From an uncultured Acidobacteriaceae bacterium (lineage in GTDB: Bacteria; Acidobacteriota; Terriglobia; Terriglobales; Acidobacteriaceae): 64,000 nt of DNA. Made by a program: the position numbers and the translations under genes. Location of the stretch: contig CAWHTJ010000001.1 of assembly GCA_963832235.1 (NCBI GenBank), forward strand, positions 159,870-223,869, read 5' to 3'. Shown piece by piece: positions 20,261-30,300 of this stretch. The notes beneath the pieces are model-generated. The model had not been told where the DNA came from. It was given only the letters and a program-made list of their open reading frames with translations, and made no database searches. Positions within the stretch are counted from its first letter, which is position 1. Each line of letters starts with the position of its first letter.

Positions 20261-21457
20261 CTACTTCAGAATCTTTCCAGGCTCTCGAATCGCTCCCGCG
20301 AGGTCATTGAGGAACATTGCGGCGCGGGCGCCGTCGGCAACGCGATGATCGCAGGAGAGAGTGAGCGTCATCATCGGCCTGACCGCTGGCTGGCCGTGCA
20401 CGGCTACCACCCGGTCTGCGATGCCGCCGACAGCGAGAATCGCCGCTTGTGGCGGGGTGATGATGGCGCTGAATTGATCGACCTGGTACATCCCAAGGTT
20501 GCTGATCGTAAAGGTGGCACCGGCGATATCGGCTGGCCGCAGCTTCGCGGCGCGCGCGCGCTCGGCCAGGTCGCGCCGCTGAATCGAGATTTCAGCTACG
20601 CTCGCGGCATGCGCGTTAGGAATCACCGCAGCCACCACGCCGTCGTCCACGGCGATCGCGATTCCCATGTTGACGCGATCGTGCAGGCGAATCCCTTCGG
20701 CACTCCAACTCGCATTGAGTCGCGGATGCTTCAGCAGCACGCGGGCAGCTAACGCCACCAGCAGATCTGTGTGGCTCGGGCGCACCTGATGGGAGCTCTC
20801 GATCTCGGCCACGATGCGTTCGCGATGTTCGTTAAGCGCCGTGGCTTCGATCTCGCGGATTACGAAGAAGTGAGGGACTGTCGTCCAACTCTGCGTGGTG
20901 CGTTCCGCCATGATTCGGCCGAGAGAGCTGGGGACTTCGATGCTTCCGGATTTTTTCTCTGCTGCAACGGGCGCCGGGACAGCAGCCTGCACATCCGAGG
21001 CGAGAATCTCTCCGCCAGGTCCCGAGCCGCGTAGGGTCGCAAGGTCCATGCCCAATTCTTTGGCGAGCCGGCGGGCCTTGGGAGAAATTCTGGCACTCGC
21101 TGCCGGAGTAGGCGCCGAGCCCGTGGCGGACATTGCAGGAGGGGACGAGTCGGGTTTCGCGTGCGAGGCAGCTCTGGCTGCGGGCGCGGCTGATTCGACT
21201 TCGACCGGAGCGGCTTCGCCCGGAGCGACGATCCACGCGATAGTCTGTCCCACGGGAATATCCGCGCCTGCCGCGGCTTTGATGCCTGCCAGAATTCCGT
21301 CGGCGGGCGCTTCCACTTCGACTACCGCTTTGTCGGTTTCTATTTCGAGAAGTGGTTCGCCCTTGGTAACGCGGTCGCCTTCTTGCTTTCGCCAGGCGAG
21401 GAGCTTGCCGGTTTCCTGCGCCATCTCCAGGGCGGGCATTACGACGCTGAAGGCCAT
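20261..21457 (-). CDS. 2-oxoacid dehydrogenase E2 component (dihydrolipoamide acyltransferase)
   Basis: Lipoyl domain EIETDKAVVEVEAP, A/P-rich linker, catalytic SCDHRVADGA motif. Start at MAFSVVMPAL. Confidence 0.9.
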   Translation of the reverse strand: MAFSVVMPALEMAQETGKLLAWRKQEGDRVTKGEPLLEIETDKAVVEVEAPADGILAGIKAAAGADIPVGQTIAWIVAPGEAAPVEVESAAPAARAASHAKPDSSPPAMSATGSAPTPAASARISPKARRLAKELGMDLATLRGSGPGGEILASDVQAAVPAPVAAEKKSGSIEVPSSLGRIMAERTTQSWTTVPHFFVIREIEATALNEHRERIVAEIESSHQVRPSHTDLLVALAARVLLKHPRLNASWSAEGIRLHDRVNMGIAIAVDDGVVAAVIPNAHAASVAEISIQRRDLAERARAAKLRPADIAGATFTISNLGMYQVDQFSAIITPPQAAILAVGGIADRVVAVHGQPAVRPMMTLTLSCDHRVADGARAAMFLNDLAGAIREPGKILK

Positions 21458-21609
21458 AGTTGGTTTCTTCGGGAAAGGATTGCGGCCTTCCCGGTTGTTG
21501 CAGAGTCTTCCGCTGAGGCTGAGATCGCCCTCTGCGTCATTCATCTTGCGCGACTAGCGGCGCGGCTAAAAAAGGCTGAGGAAAAACGCAATCCATCGCG
21601 AAACTTCGA

Positions 21610-21745
21610 CCACAGGGGCTAAAGCCCGCTCCCATTTCCAAGCGCTTTACGCGGCCCTAGAAGGGCCGCTCTTCCACGGCGAAGCACGCGTTTGCGAGTT
21701 TTTCCGCAGCCTCTTAAAGCGGCACCTTTTCAAAAGCCGTCGTCC
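21610..21745 (-). repeat. ~135-bp intergenic repeat (family 4)
   Basis: The reverse complement aligns with 45866-46004 and 49761-49878 (GCGTGCTTCGCCGTGGAAGAGCGGCCCTT..AGGGCCGCGTAA...GCGGGCTTTAGCCCCTGTGG). Confidence 0.75.
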
Positions 21746-21809
21746 CGGAACCCTAAATTAGAGTTTCTCCCTGCGCGTAAAAAGCTGCGCCCTCAAGATA
21801 AGGGAAAGT

Positions 21810-23156
21810 TCAGCCGGGAACTCCGACCCGCTCAGTTTTCGCGCTGGTCTCGATCATCTCGAGCACGCGCTCGCTGGGCGAAGCTTCGGATTCTCGCGTG
21901 GTCGGCAGCGGGCCGTTCACTGTGTGATAGTGCGCGCCGGCGACCAGAAGTTGCTCCGCAGGAAAGCGAGTAATGACCTCGTGTCCCGTGGCAGTGACCA
22001 CGATTTCTTCTTCAATGCGTGCCGCGCTCCAGCCGTCGGTCGAGGGCCAGAAGGTTTCGAGGGCAAATACCATGCCGGGCTTAATTTCCACGGGATGCTC
22101 GAACGAGACCAGGCGGCTGATCACCGGCTTCTCCCAAATCGCGAGGCCGATGCCGTGGCCGTACTGCAGCGCGAACGCTGCTTCCTCATTGGCGAAGCCG
22201 AACTCCTGAGCCTTTGGCCACACTGCGGCAATCTCGGCAGTGGTGCGGCCCGGCCGCACCAGTTCAATTGCAGCGTCGAGATATTCGCGGCAGCGTTTGT
22301 AGGCGTCGACCATTGCGTGCGACGCGAAGCCGACCGTGAAACAGCGGTAGTAGCAGGTGCGGTATCCCATGTAGGAATGCAGAATGTCGTAGTACACGGG
22401 ATCGCCCGGACGCAGCACGCGGTCGGAAAATACGTGCGGATGCGGATTGCAGCGCTCGCCGGAGATTGCGTTCACGGCTTCCACATATTCCGAGCCGAGA
22501 TCGTAGAGGACTTTACTGACCAGGCCGACGGCTTCGTTCTCACGCAGTCCCGGCTTCATGGCGCGATAGAGTTCATCGTAGGCGGCGTCGACCATCATCG
22601 CCGAAGTATTGAGCAGCGAGATTTCGTCCTGCGTCTTGATGACGCGGGCTTCGGACATGAGTTGCTGGCCGTCGACCACTTCAATGCCTTCGCGCTGCAG
22701 CGCGAACAAAACGGGCAATTCGATAATGTCGATGCCCACCGGCTCTTTGTGCAGGCCGCGCATTTCGAGTTCAATGCGAATTTTCCTGGCGACGTCTTCG
22801 GCGCGGCCCATTTCCGGCGTCATCGCGCCGCGCAGCATGGAAATTCCCGGGCGCGAACGGTCGCCGAGCCACGGGCAATTCAACTGATGGTGCCTGGCGG
22901 CAGATCCGAAATCCCAGAGGATCGGCTCGTCGTTTTGCGGCAGCAGCGTGAAGCGGTTGGCTTTGTCTTGCGCCCAGGTGCCGATGTGCGTGGAGGTCAG
23001 GTAGCGCACATTGTTCATGTCGAAGCAGAGCAACGATCCCATGGACGAATGGGCGAGCAAGTCTTTCGCTTTTTGCAGGCGCTCGCGGCGGAGGCGATCG
23101 AAGTCGATGCGGTTCTCCCAATCCACTGCCATGGTTCCGTGCGTTTTGAGTCCCAT
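21810..23156 (-). CDS. M24 family metallohydrolase (creatinase/prolidase-like)
   Basis: 448 aa, AGGAG SD. Creatinase-type N-domain plus pita-bread core (GDPVYYDILHSYMGY...YGHGIGLAIWE). Specificity unknown. Confidence 0.75.
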   Translation of the reverse strand: MGLKTHGTMAVDWENRIDFDRLRRERLQKAKDLLAHSSMGSLLCFDMNNVRYLTSTHIGTWAQDKANRFTLLPQNDEPILWDFGSAARHHQLNCPWLGDRSRPGISMLRGAMTPEMGRAEDVARKIRIELEMRGLHKEPVGIDIIELPVLFALQREGIEVVDGQQLMSEARVIKTQDEISLLNTSAMMVDAAYDELYRAMKPGLRENEAVGLVSKVLYDLGSEYVEAVNAISGERCNPHPHVFSDRVLRPGDPVYYDILHSYMGYRTCYYRCFTVGFASHAMVDAYKRCREYLDAAIELVRPGRTTAEIAAVWPKAQEFGFANEEAAFALQYGHGIGLAIWEKPVISRLVSFEHPVEIKPGMVFALETFWPSTDGWSAARIEEEIVVTATGHEVITRFPAEQLLVAGAHYHTVNGPLPTTRESEASPSERVLEMIETSAKTERVGVPG

Positions 23157-23190
23157 AAATAGCTCCTGCTCTTGGCTCTTGGCTCAAGCC

Positions 23191-23302
23191 AACAAGTCGT
23201 AGAGACGTTGCCTGCAACGTCTTGCCGGCGGCGTTTCGAAACTCTTTGCTCTTACCGATGCTGCCGGCGGAGACGTAGCAAGCTACGTCTCTACGACTTG
23301 TT
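23191..23302. repeat. REP family 1 doublet (REPIN-like), copy B
   Basis: AACAAGTCGTAGAGACGTTGCCTGCAACGTCT...GGAGACGTAGCAAGCTACGTCTCTACGACTTGTT, with a 17-bp terminal inverted repeat. Confidence 0.85.
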
Positions 23303-24292
23303 GCAAAGTTGGCGCGCGGCTTCTGACACCGTTTCTTCCGTCGGCACCGTCACATCTTCCAGCGGCGGCGAGAACGGAATCGGCACATGCATTGCGCCCA
23401 TTCTTTTTACCGGCGCGTCGAGATCGTAGAATGCTCCTTCGGCGATCACGGCTGCGAGTTCTGCGGTCACTCCGTAACGGCCGTAGCCCTCATCCAGCAC
23501 AATCACCCGCGACGTTTTCTTCGCCGACTCGATGATTGTCTTTTCGTCCAGCGGCCAGGTGGTGCGCGGGTCAACTACTTCCGCGCTGATGCCTTCCTTT
23601 TCCAGCATGTTGGCCGCGCCCAGCGCGACCTGCACCATGCTGCTCGTCGCCACGAGGGTGATGTCCTCTCCTACGCGTTTCACGTCGGCTACGCCTAGCG
23701 GGATCGTGTAATCCTCCGCGGGAACTGGGCCCTTCAGCTTGTACATCATTTTGTCTTCGAAGAACACCACCGGGTTTTCGTCGCGGATGGCGGTTTTCAG
23801 CAAGCCTTTGGCGTCGTACGGAGTGGAGGGCAGGACGACTTTCAATCCGGGCACGTGGCTGAACCAGGCGTGCAGCGATTGCGAATGCTGCGCCGCCGAG
23901 CGCCGGGTCGCGCCGAGCGTGGTGCGCATCACCATAGGGACTTTCCAGTGGCCGCCTGACATGTAGTGCGCCTTGGCGGCTTGATTCACCATCTGATCCA
24001 TAGTGAGCGTGAGGAAATCGCCGAACATGATGTCGACGACGGGCCGCAGGCCCGTCATAGCGGCTCCCACACCCACGCCCGTGAAACCAGCTTCGGAAAT
24101 CGGGGTATCAATGACACGCTCGGCGCCGAATTCTTCCACCAGCCCCGAGAGCACCTTGAACGGCGTCCCAGCTTCGGCCACGTCTTCTCCGAAAATGCAG
24201 ACTCGCGAATCGCGGCGCATTTCTTCGGCGAGTGCTTCCCGCACCGCCTGCGCGAAGGTGAGCTCGCGATCTTGAGGAGCCTGTTCAGGCAT
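23291..24292 (-). CDS. 2-oxoacid dehydrogenase E1 component beta subunit
   Basis: MPEQAPQDRELTFAQAVREALAEEM...transketolase-like pyrimidine-binding and C-terminal domains. Start overlaps the E1alpha stop (ATGCCTGA). Confidence 0.9.
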   Translation of the reverse strand: MPEQAPQDRELTFAQAVREALAEEMRRDSRVCIFGEDVAEAGTPFKVLSGLVEEFGAERVIDTPISEAGFTGVGVGAAMTGLRPVVDIMFGDFLTLTMDQMVNQAAKAHYMSGGHWKVPMVMRTTLGATRRSAAQHSQSLHAWFSHVPGLKVVLPSTPYDAKGLLKTAIRDENPVVFFEDKMMYKLKGPVPAEDYTIPLGVADVKRVGEDITLVATSSMVQVALGAANMLEKEGISAEVVDPRTTWPLDEKTIIESAKKTSRVIVLDEGYGRYGVTAELAAVIAEGAFYDLDAPVKRMGAMHVPIPFSPPLEDVTVPTEETVSEAARQLCNKS

Positions 24293-25307
24293 ACACATCC
24301 TGCTCCACTTGATCGACGCTGGGATATGGAGACGCAATGGCGAATTTCACCGCGGCTTCCATCTCCGCGCGCGCCTCGGAGGCGATTTGATCAAGCTCCG
24401 CTGCATCGGCATATCCCTGGGCGAGCAGCCACTTCGCATGCAGCTTGATGGGATCGCGCTGGGTCTTCCACTGCTGCTCTTCCTGCTTGGTTCGATAATA
24501 TTCGCGATTGATGTCGCCCACGTGATGACCGCTGTAGCGGTAGGTATCGGCCTGCAGAAAAGCAGGCCCCTGGCCGGCGCGGGCTCTCTTCACCAGTCGG
24601 GTTGCGACTTCATTCACGGCACGCACGTCCTGGCCGTCGACCTTGGCTGCTTCCAGCCCGAAGGCTGCGGCGCGTCCCAGAATCGTACCGGCCGTTGTCT
24701 CCGAGAAATGCGTGTACTCGCAGTAAAGATTGTTTTCGCAAACGTAGATCACAGGCAGCTTCCACAATTGCGCCAGGTTCATCACCTCATAGAGCGATCC
24801 CTGACCGAGGGCGCCCTCGCCGAAGAAACAGACGGCCACTCGTCCGTTGCCAAGCCGCTTCGCGGCAAAAGCCGCGCCCGTGGCGATGCCCACGCTGCCG
24901 CCGACGATCGCGTTCGCGCCCAGGTTGCCGGTTGCGGGATCGGCAATGTGCATCGATCCGCCTTTGCCGCGGCAATAGCCGGCCTCCTTGCCCAACAACT
25001 CGGCAAACATGCGGTCGGGGGAAGCTCCCTTGGCCAGGCAATGTCCATGGCCGCGGTGGGTGCTGGTGATGTAGTCGTCGATGCGGAGCGCTTCGCAGAT
25101 GCCTACCGCGACAGCCTCTTCGCCGCTATAAAGATGCGCCAGACCGGGCATAAGTGCACGCGTGTAGAGTTCATTCACCTGCTCTTCAAACAGACGAATC
25201 CTCACCATCTGGCGATAAGCGCGCAGCCAGCGGTCTTTATCTGTCTCAGCCCGGGTCTCAGTGCTGCCTTCGTGCGCTGCCGATGGCTTGGAAGTAGCAG
25301 TCGTCAC
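24285..25307 (-). CDS. 2-oxoacid dehydrogenase E1 component alpha subunit (TPP-dependent)
   Basis: TPP motif GDGALGQGSLYEVMNLA...NN-like block. GTG start overlapping the upstream stop (GTGA). Confidence 0.9.
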   Translation of the reverse strand: MTTATSKPSAAHEGSTETRAETDKDRWLRAYRQMVRIRLFEEQVNELYTRALMPGLAHLYSGEEAVAVGICEALRIDDYITSTHRGHGHCLAKGASPDRMFAELLGKEAGYCRGKGGSMHIADPATGNLGANAIVGGSVGIATGAAFAAKRLGNGRVAVCFFGEGALGQGSLYEVMNLAQLWKLPVIYVCENNLYCEYTHFSETTAGTILGRAAAFGLEAAKVDGQDVRAVNEVATRLVKRARAGQGPAFLQADTYRYSGHHVGDINREYYRTKQEEQQWKTQRDPIKLHAKWLLAQGYADAAELDQIASEARAEMEAAVKFAIASPYPSVDQVEQDVYA

Positions 25308-26209
25308 TTCTTACCTCCTGCATTGATCGGCGTCTTCACTCCTGACATGGCGGCCAGCACGTCAAACATGCAGGCGAAGTCACATTTCGCAAAACCCATG
25401 GCACGGGCAGCCGTAAGAATTTCGTTGCTCGCTGCGGTCGTGGGCAGGGGCACGTCGAGTTGCCGCCCCAAGTCCATGGCCAGGACCATGTCCTTCTGCA
25501 TCATGTTCACGTCGAACCAGGCTTCTTCCGGCTGTTGCAGCACGAACGGCCCGCGATATTGAATCATGGGCGAGGCCACGGCGCTATGGGTCAGCACATC
25601 CACGGCAACTTCGCGGGCAATGCCGCTCTTTTCCGCCAGCAGCACGCCTTCAGAAAATGCCAGCATCTGCACCGCCAGACTCAGATTGGTGGCAATCTTC
25701 ATGGAGAGCGCCAGACCGTTGTCGCCCACATAAGTGACCTTGGGGCCGATGTCGAGCAGCAGCGGCTTGATCTTGTCGAATGTTTCCTTGCGCCCGCCCA
25801 CCATCACCGACAGCTTTCCTTCCTGCAAAGTGATCACGCTGCCCGATACTGGCGCATCGACCATGTCGGCGCCGGCAGCGCGCACTTTCGCAGCCAGCGC
25901 GCGGCTCACCGCCGGACTTACCGTGCTCATATCGATGAAAACCTTTCCCTTATTCAAACCGGCGAGCAGTCCGTCGGGACCTTCGGTGATCGCCTGGATC
26001 GCCGCCGCGTTCGTGACCATCGCGAAGGTGTAGTCCGATGCGCTCGCGACCGCGCGTGGCGAGTCGGCCCACTGCATTCCCTTCTCCACCAGCCACTGCG
26101 CCTTGGCGCGCGTGCGGTTATGGCCGGTCACGGTGTGACCTTTGCTCAGCAGCCGATTCACCATCTGGCTGCCCATCACACCCAGGCCGATAAATCCTAC
26201 TTTCGCCAT
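25304..26209 (-). CDS. NAD(P)-dependent beta-hydroxyacid dehydrogenase (3-hydroxyisobutyrate dehydrogenase family)
   Basis: MAKVGFIGLGVMGSQMVNRLL Rossmann motif, followed by a 6PGDH-like NAD-binding domain. Confidence 0.85.
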   Translation of the reverse strand: MAKVGFIGLGVMGSQMVNRLLSKGHTVTGHNRTRAKAQWLVEKGMQWADSPRAVASASDYTFAMVTNAAAIQAITEGPDGLLAGLNKGKVFIDMSTVSPAVSRALAAKVRAAGADMVDAPVSGSVITLQEGKLSVMVGGRKETFDKIKPLLLDIGPKVTYVGDNGLALSMKIATNLSLAVQMLAFSEGVLLAEKSGIAREVAVDVLTHSAVASPMIQYRGPFVLQQPEEAWFDVNMMQKDMVLAMDLGRQLDVPLPTTAASNEILTAARAMGFAKCDFACMFDVLAAMSGVKTPINAGGKK

Positions 26210-26243
26210 CCGCAACTGCCTCTCGATCTTCGCTGCAAAATTG

Positions 26244-27080
26244 TTAGCGCGCGTTGAGCTTGCCCGGAGCGCGTTTCGCCAGTGGGGCTTGACTGTCGTC
26301 GCGCACCTGATAGAGATGGGCCCGCATGGCTTCGCGCGCTTTCTCCGCGTCACGCCGCTCCACCGCTTCCAGAATTCGCTTGTGATGGATCTGGCCGCGC
26401 TCCGGTCCGCCGGGAACCCGGAAGATGCGCAGCCGCTGTTCGCGGAGAAGGGCCACGATGGAATCCAGCAGAGAGAGAATGAGCGGGTTGGCCGCGCCTT
26501 CCGCTAAAGCCAGATGAAAATCAAGATCCGCTTCGATGTAGGTTTCCGGATCCTGGCCGGCACGATCCATGGCGGCGACCGCGTCACGCATGGTCGCCAG
26601 TTCCGGTTCCTGGATGCGCACTGCAGCGAGTGCGGCAATCTCCGGCTCGAGAATGGCGCGCACCTCGGCCAGATGAGTCGATCCTTCCGGTTGACCGATC
26701 TTTACCATCAGGTCGAGCGACTGGCGCACAGCCTGGGTTGTTCCATCCTTGATGAAGGTGCCTCGTCCCGAGTACGCTTCGACTAATCCTTTTTCGCGCA
26801 GCGCTTTTACCGCTTCGCGAACGGCGGTGCGGCTTACGCCGAAACGCTGGGCCAGATCGCGCTCCGCGGGCAGTTGATCGCCAGGCTTGAGATCCCCTTT
26901 AACAATGGATTCTTCAATTTGTTGAACGATCTGCTCGTAGAGACGCGAGGTTCGAACCAGCTTGTACACAACGTTGCCCTCCGCAGGGGGAGAAACGAAG
27001 CCAGCCGGGGAGCCGACTATGGTCCGGCTACTATACCGCACATCCACTGGCGTTTGGGTCGTTTGTTCGGTGAAGGACAT
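26244..27080 (-). CDS. GntR family (FadR/FCD subfamily) transcriptional regulator
   Basis: wHTH LPAERDLAQRFGVSRTAVREAVKALREKGLV plus a C-terminal all-helical FCD-like domain. Confidence 0.9.
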   Translation of the reverse strand: MSFTEQTTQTPVDVRYSSRTIVGSPAGFVSPPAEGNVVYKLVRTSRLYEQIVQQIEESIVKGDLKPGDQLPAERDLAQRFGVSRTAVREAVKALREKGLVEAYSGRGTFIKDGTTQAVRQSLDLMVKIGQPEGSTHLAEVRAILEPEIAALAAVRIQEPELATMRDAVAAMDRAGQDPETYIEADLDFHLALAEGAANPLILSLLDSIVALLREQRLRIFRVPGGPERGQIHHKRILEAVERRDAEKAREAMRAHLYQVRDDSQAPLAKRAPGKLNAR

Positions 27081-27100
27081 AGATGGTTTACTGGTATGGT

Positions 27101-27117
27101 GGTATTACCGCTATAAT
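27101..27117 (+). promoter_or_regulatory. Palindrome GGTATTACC abutting a TATAAT box
   Basis: GGTA-T-TACC at 27101-27109 fits the GntR-type GT..AC operator logic. TATAAT at 27112-27117. Sits in the divergent GntR/TonB-receptor intergenic region. Confidence 0.35.
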
Positions 27118-27311
27118 TTACACTGTGGAGCAAGGGTCGCGCAAGCCCCGTGGGACGCTCCTTCGTGATTTTTGGGGTTGCCGGCTTATGGACTTCCCGA
27201 TTTGGCTCTGGAGGAGTACGTTGCGGCAGGTCCATCCAAAAATTGAATTTGCTTGACACTGTTTCTTCGATAGTGGTATGGCTGTCGGACCAGAAATACG
27301 GAGGGATTCCT

Positions 27312-30300
27312 ATGCTACCCCGGACGGTCGGTGCAGCCTCGTCTGCTCTGGTTCATGCTGATGCTCATGCTGGCGTTCACCGGATTGCAGGTTTCAAGTT
27401 GCTCTACGCGACCTGCGCGCTGCTGCTGCTCTCGGCGTCCGCGGCAGCTCAATCGACGACCGGGCGAATTCTGGGCACGCTGACGGATCAGAGCGGAGCA
27501 GCGGTCGCGGGAGCCACAGTAGTGGTCACCGATGTACAACGCGGCACGTCGCGAACCTTAACCACCGATGAATCCGGCGCGTATGCCGCACCTAATCTGC
27601 CGCCGGGCACTTACAAGATTCACGTGCAGGCCAGGGGCTTCAAGAGCGTGGAGCGGCCGGACGTCCAGATTGAAGTCGCCACCGATGTGCGCGCGGATTT
27701 TTCGCTGCAGCCCGGGCAAGTGACCGAGACGGTGACCATCACCGAAGAAGTTCCGCTGGTCAACACCACCTCCGCCACTCTGGGCGGCACGCTCAGCAAC
27801 AAGGAGATCAACGACCTGCCGCTGAACGGCCGCAACTATGAAAACCTGCTGCAACTGCGGCCAGGCGTTATGCGATATCCCGGCGGCGGTTTTTCCACGA
27901 CCAGCACCGACGGCCTGCGCGCCGAAGATAATGCTTATTTCGTCGAGGGACTATTCAACAGTGAACCGTTCTCCGGTCAGGGGATTATCAATGGCGCCGG
28001 CATTGCCGGCGATTCAGCAACCATCCTGCCCATTGATGGAATTCAGGAGTTCAACGTTCAGGAAAATCCTCCCGCCGAATACGGTTGGAAACCGGGAGCG
28101 GTTATCAATGTCGGACTGAAATCGGGAACGAACTCGCTGCACGGCACCGCATTTGCGTTCGGCCGCGACGGAGCCATGGATGCGCGCAACTATTTCAACG
28201 CTTCCCCTGCCCCGAAGACGGACCGAACGTTGGAACAGTTTGGTGGCAGTCTGGGAGGCGCGATTATCAAAGATAAAGCATTCTTCTTCGGCGCCTATGA
28301 GGGCCAGCGCTACAACGTGGGCAACTCCTATACCGTGAGCACTCCGTCGATGGCAGCGCTGCCTGCGCCGGCAACCCCGAATTGTACGTCTTCGCTAGTC
28401 TCGGGCGATTGCGGCAACAGCATTCCGAATGCGATTGCCGATCTGGTGGCAAACGATGTCGCGATCAGCGCCGCCAGCCAGCTGATTTCGGGCTGCACCG
28501 TATCCGGTTCGTCGGTCACTTGCAAGGGTACGGGATTTCCCATCAACAACACGCAAGGCATCAGCATCGTGCAGGGATTTCCCAACAACGTGGGAGTCGA
28601 CAACGCGCTGGCCAAGGTGGATTACAACTTCAACCAACGCAACAGCATAAGCGGCATGTATTTCTATGGAAACAACTCGGGAACGGTGGAAGATTTTCCG
28701 GAGTTGCAATCCAAGTGGCGGTCTAACATCCACACTCGCGCCCAGGTTGTCGGAGGAAGTTGGATTTGGACTCCCAGCACCCGTTGGGTGAACGAAGCCC
28801 GCGTCGGCTACAACCGGCTTTACCAGCCTACATTCCCCGGTGATATTGGCACGCCAGCGTCGGGCTACGGGCTCAACACAGGCGTGAGCGGACCTTTCAC
28901 CGGCGGGCTGCCGCGCCTTGGTTTCGCCGGAGCGTTCGTTCCCGGCCTGGGTGGTTTCAAGTGGCCAAAATTTCAGGGTCCGGATTCCATTACTCAGTTC
29001 ATCGATCATATTTCCTACACCGCGGGCAAGCATTCGTTGAAGTTTGGCGGCGAACTTCATCGCAATGTCGTGAATGGCGGCGCTTTCGGCAACGCCCGAG
29101 GCAGCATCACGTTTCTAGGAGGGGTGGCACTGGCCGCATCCACGGCGCTGGAAGATTTTTTCGCCGGAGATCCGTTCAAGGCCTCGGTGCAGGTGGGCGA
29201 TCCCAGCCGGCAGATCCATAACTGGGCCTATGGCGCCTTCTTCCAGGACGACTGGCGTGCGAGCAAGAATCTGACGCTCAACCTGGGGCTGCGCTATGAA
29301 TTCAGTTCGGTGATCAAGGAGGCTCACAATCTGCTGGGCAATTTCGATCCCAATTCAAAGACTGGATTGATTCAGGCGGGAATGAACGGCGTGAGTGGCC
29401 CGTACAATCCCGATCACAAGAACTTTGCTCCGCGCTTCGGCTTTGCCTGGGACGTCACCGGAAAAGGAAACACGGTTTTACGAGGCGGAGCCAGTCTGGT
29501 GTACGAAACAATCAACTGGGAAGCGCTGCTGGCCTTCAACAACGCCTTTGGTCTGTCCAACGTTCCCACGGGGGGGATTATCGATGCCGCGGGCGACACT
29601 GCGGGCGGCACGATCACGGCCGGCAATCTGGCAATTCCTCCCGGCATGCCGCAGTGGGACAGTGGTGTACCAATCTATGGAGCCAATGTCAGCACTAGCA
29701 CGCTCAATTGCTTTAACAATCCGTGTCCCATCATGAGCGTGGCCCGGAATATTACTACTCCGTACGTCTGGAACTGGACGCTCAACCTGCAACACGCGTT
29801 CACTCCGAATCTCTCGATGGAGATTGCCTACGTCGGCAATCACGGCGCGAATCTGACCGGCATTCGAGACATTAATCAGCCGCCCGTGGGGTCGGATTAT
29901 TCGGCGCTCTGCCAGACAGACCCGAACTGCGATCAGGATTCCCGTCCGTACAATTCCAAGTTTCCCTACCTGAGCAACATCTTCCAGATGGGGAACGTCT
30001 ACCGCTCCAACTACAACGGATTGCAGGTGACTCTTAATTCGCGCAACTACCACGGTCTGAGCATGGTGGCCGGATATACCTACGCCCACGCACTCGACGA
30101 TGTCGGCGCGAACTGGGACTTCGGTTACGGCGCCGGCCTGCCGCAAGACTCTTACAATGTCGGTCGGGAATACGCCAACAGCGACTTTGACATTCGCCAT
30201 CGCCTGACGCTCTCGCTCTCTTATGCCATCCCCGGACGGAGCGGCTTCGGGCAAATGCTGGAAGGGTGGGAACTGAATTCCATCGTAACGCTCGAGAGTT

